In this document: in pieces, positions 60,301 through 64,000 of the stretch
How positions within the stretch are numbered: the first letter of the stretch is position 1
Layout: the number at the start of each line of letters is the position of its first letter
Assembly (NCBI RefSeq): GCF_003704095.1
Contig: NW_020844153.1
Coordinates: 496,001-560,000 of the forward strand
Length of the DNA: 64,000 bases
Direction: 5' to 3'
Source: Pocillopora damicornis
Lineage: Eukaryota
The notes under the pieces: generated by a model
The model's input: only the letters and a program-made list of their open reading frames with translations
Databases searched by the model: none
What the model was told of the DNA's origin: nothing
Made by a program: the position numbers and the translations under genes

Positions 60301-62821
60301 TTATTAACGTGTGGTAGTAAGGGATGACGAAGCTCGGTTCTCATGGGTGATCCAAAAACTGCGCACAGGAAAAATAGGTGATTAAGAAAAACTGTATTTA
60401 ACCAGTATTTCAAACAAGAAATCTCTCTTAACTACTCCTAGCTAAAAAGGAGGGCATAAAAATTCGGTTGAACAGAAAAAATTATCATGGATTGGGAATT
60501 CCATCGTGGAAGGACTTGAAAGTATAGATGTAGCAGAATCCAGAGGCTTCAAAATTTGCTGGCACGGCATCCAATGTGAATTTGCTCAAAGATGTGTAAT
60601 AGAAAAAGGAATAATATAAAATCAAAGAGCTCTAAAATGGCCGTATTTGTTCCGAAGTTAAATTAATTTTATGAAGGTGGTGAAACCTTTAACAATTCAA
60701 TTTAGATTAATTTAAACTCACTGTGCAAATTGGAGTCAATCGGCGTAATCAGCTAAATTCCACTTGTCTTACCTGAAATTACACGTTAGTTGAAGCAAAG
60801 GTTAACAATAAAGAAAGAGTGATGAAGGCCAAAGGAAGTAATTATTTGCGCGGTTAATTAAAGTATCAAGCACGATTTACAGATAAGAAACTAAATGCGG
60901 TACATTCATTTACGTCATTATCTGGAAGGTCATTAACAGAAATCATATTATCAAATTCCGGTTTGTTTTTTTTTAAAAAAGTGCATCTGTGAGATAGTTT
61001 CACGAAGGTTTCTTTAAAGCCTCAAGAGCCCACTCAATCAGAAAGATAAAGCATAAATAGCATGAATAATTATAGTTGCTAACCTCTCGTAGATGAAGCT
61101 AGAAAGTTTCAAGTGACTGTTTTTTAGAAATATCCCAGATAAGTTAAACTCAGAACTCCGGGAGTGAACAATAAGTTATTTTTCCTTCCAAAATAACTAA
61201 AAATCTCAAAAATGTTAATGTGTGAATTTTTTTTCGTTTTTAAGTGTGTGCCAAAATGCTTCAAAATTCTCATCCCACGCAGCAATCTGTCTCAAGTGAC
61301 TTGGCAAACGAATGAATAAGCTAGTCACCAGATAAAAGGCGCCTACAAGCCGAACTAAAGGTTAAACTCCATTAGGAGAATTGATATTGTTTTGGCAGGT
61401 TTGCTGAAACTTTGAATAATCTAAGCGCACTCAGCAAATCAAAAGGCCTATTGTAACAAGATTTACCAATAAATCTGCTACACGAGAAAACCTTCTGACC
61501 AGCAAAATTATACGAGTCTACTTTGATGGCATAGTGATATGGGACGTTAGGAGATTTTAAAGTCAAAACTGGGCAAATCAAAAGCAAAAAAAAACAACAA
61601 AATGAAAACACATGAAGCTCTGAATATACTGAGCACACTCATGTCACCGATATACATCAGAAATTTTCGCTTGCACGGGATTGGTTTACAGGTGCATCAC
61701 ATGACCGGATAAGCCCGAGAACCTTTTAGAGACCGCTGAAATGAAAGTATTCTTTGTTCGAGAGAGAAAAATGTCAATTTTGCTTTTAGTAAGAGGAAGG
61801 CATTGCTTTTTTAAATGATAAAAGCTCCGCCGAGCTGCACACTGCACGAGAGAACGCCAAAAAATTCCATGTTTAATTTCACCTTGTGCTGTTTGTAAAC
61901 GCCTTGCAACTATTTTTTTTTTTTTATCTCACTTAACTGATATTTTGTTTTTTTTTTCCCTTAAAATGGAAAGTGCTTCATTCATCACAGAGACATAAAT
62001 CAAAATATTGTGACTCAAATCTTCCAAGCTGTGGCTTTGGAATACAGCCTTTATCCTGTTAGGAGTGTCCTACATGTTGGATATCTTATCTCTTAAAAGA
62101 CGTAGTCCACTTAAAGATTTTTTCTCATTCCGCTCATCTACATTACATGCAACTATAGCGTAGGTAACGATCAAGGAGAAATTTGAAACGTAGCACTCGT
62201 TTACCGAAAAGAAGCTAGAGTAGAGAACACTGCTGCTGGTCAGGAATAACTGTATAACGATCGTGGATGCTTTTTCTAATCTTTTGGTTGCGTTTATTGG
62301 TAAAATTTGCGATTTGCGATTGACTGACTGAAAGAAAAACGATTATTGCCTTTTGTGATAAAGGAGGGTCATCATTTCGTTTTGCATAAATTGGCCTTTT
62401 CACTGAAAATATTCAAACAATGAGATCCTTTTCTGAGCGTCGAGGCCATACGCTGTCGCCCGTGGCCATACGCTGTAAAATATGTCTTTAAATAACATAT
62501 TTTCTTGCTTGTGCGCAATTAAAGAGGGATTTCATAGATAAGTTATGATGACGATCGCAAACAGTGCTTGCAAAAATTACTTTTTCTTAGCTTGCGGTTT
62601 CTGCCCTCAAATCTTGAACCGATTAGGCGTTGAGTAACGATTACGAGACAATATCTTATTGCGATCTGTAAGTTAGGTCTTTATCTTTAGGAAATTCCAG
62701 GACAAAAGGTTATCCTTACGAGGGCCTTGTAATCTGTTATTCCTCGATAGCAAAGATTCTTTGAAGCAAAAACAAATGCTGGAGTTTCCATAGCTTAACA
62801 ACGCGAGATATCAGTAACCAT

Positions 62822-62972
62822 CAGGCCCCCGTTGTTTGAAGGTCGGATAACGCTATCCACTAGATAAATCTATATCCGGCGGATGGCGCTATACGTTTTT
62901 CTATCACTTATCCGCTAGATAGCGATTTATCCGTCGGATAGCGTAATCCACCCTTTATGCAACTGGGCCCAG
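62822..62972. mobile_element. ~150-bp palindromic MITE with repeated TATCC/GGATA motifs
   Basis: Ends ggcccccgttg.../...caactgggccc and arms ggataacgctatcc..tagataaatc..tatcc versus gatagcgatttatcc..ggatagcgtaatcc form an imperfect foldback. Confidence 0.7.
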
Positions 62973-63019
62973 GACGCAACTTGCTTGTATAACTGCGAGC
63001 TAAGAACGTGCTAGTCCAC

Positions 63020-63225
63020 TTGCCATTTTCTCACTCTCTTCCTATTGTCCCCTCCCTTCCCCCCTCCCCTCCTCTTTCCTTTCTCCCTACCTCCTCTCTT
63101 CTTTTCGTTCTTACTCTCCCCTCCCCTCTCCTTTTTTCTCCTCCCACCTTTGCACTCTTCCTTTTCATTTTGTGTATTCCTATTTCTTGTCTCTCTCTTC
63201 TCGCCTCTTCTTTCCTAAAATCCTA
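63020..63225. repeat. Polypyrimidine (C/T) low-complexity tract
   Basis: About 200 bp almost entirely C and T on the plus strand. Confidence 0.85.
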
Positions 63226-63840
63226 ACGACTCCTTCGTACCTAGATCTTCAAAAATTAAAGAAAAGCACCGAGTTTGATCCAGTTACTCTTCAGTTTTCT
63301 TTTCATCCCCTTCCCATTTCTCCACCCTTTCCTTTTGTTTATGCTTGTTTTCTCTAAGAGTGAAAATCACCCAAGAGTAAGTAGGTGATTTGACTTACTA
63401 AGTGTCGTTAGTGAAATCATACTGAGCACTTCACACCATTTTTTTCAAAAGTTCTTTTGACGAAAGTAGAAAGAAAAATGCAGTATTAGTTGGCACTTGT
63501 CTTCCTTTGTTGGTTTACGTACTGTGATCCAACACATTTCGAGTTTTTCTTTAGCACTGTCGGGAACTGGGGCATACATTACGCAATTATGTAATCTTTC
63601 ACCACGGAAATATGTAAAATGAGAGGAAGTACTTCTTCCAATAAGTTGTCAGTCTGAATCATCGATATCTTAGATCGCCCTTGATCGTAATCGTGCTAAG
63701 ACCTTGTAAAATACATATAATCAAACTTTGAGACTTCTCTCGAATACTGTCTCTTGCGGCCGGAGAATTCTAGGAAAGCACAGCTAAAAGCTAGACTGGA
63801 CTCTGGGGTGTCCATCGAACTCTTATCTCATCCCTCACCA

Positions 63841-63867
63841 CCCCCCCCCCCCCCCCCCCCCCCCCCC
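63841..63867. repeat. Poly-C run (27 nt)
   Basis: Directly visible homopolymer. Confidence 0.9.
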
Positions 63868-64000
63868 ACGCAAACAAAATCAACATCCTGCGTTGTTTCG
63901 CTTTCTTCTACAGAGGAAAAGAACGAAGGGATTTCATAATCTAGCTCATGTCAAGACTTTGTAGAATTTCTTAACCCAAGATGGGATAAAGATTGAGAGC

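Noticed and set aside
63008-63939. Pro/Leu/Ser-rich ORFs near the right end
   Set aside because: Translations of the polypyrimidine tract and the poly-C run.

Overview
Eukaryotic, AT-rich, intron-containing animal DNA; gene content and repeat types suggest an anthozoan cnidarian such as a stony coral (inference). Three conserved genes were assembled by hand from GT-AG splice sites and protein motifs: (1) the 5' part of a PRD-class homeobox gene of the Homeobrain (hbn) family on the minus strand, whose third exon lies beyond the left edge; (2) a complete 7-exon PRCC gene on the plus strand (545 aa); (3) a complete 22-coding-exon pentameric-type (TSP3/4/COMP-like) thrombospondin on the minus strand (980 aa), convergent with PRCC. 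Two small orphan genes lie between hbn and PRCC: a 175-aa protein rich in basophilic kinase motifs and a 116-aa single-pass membrane protein with an acidic tyrosine motif. The right ~23 kb has no recognisable intact gene, but contains a highly diverged, end-to-end collinear histone H3-like ORF with its own TATA box, and possibly a more decayed H2A-like relic just upstream. Several MITE and SINE families are present; one copy supplies a candidate in-frame alternative acceptor to PRCC and another has grown a 15 x 14-bp minisatellite. Most ORFs in the supplied track are spurious. No prokaryotic-type system or CRISPR array is present. All alignments were done by eye, with no database searches.
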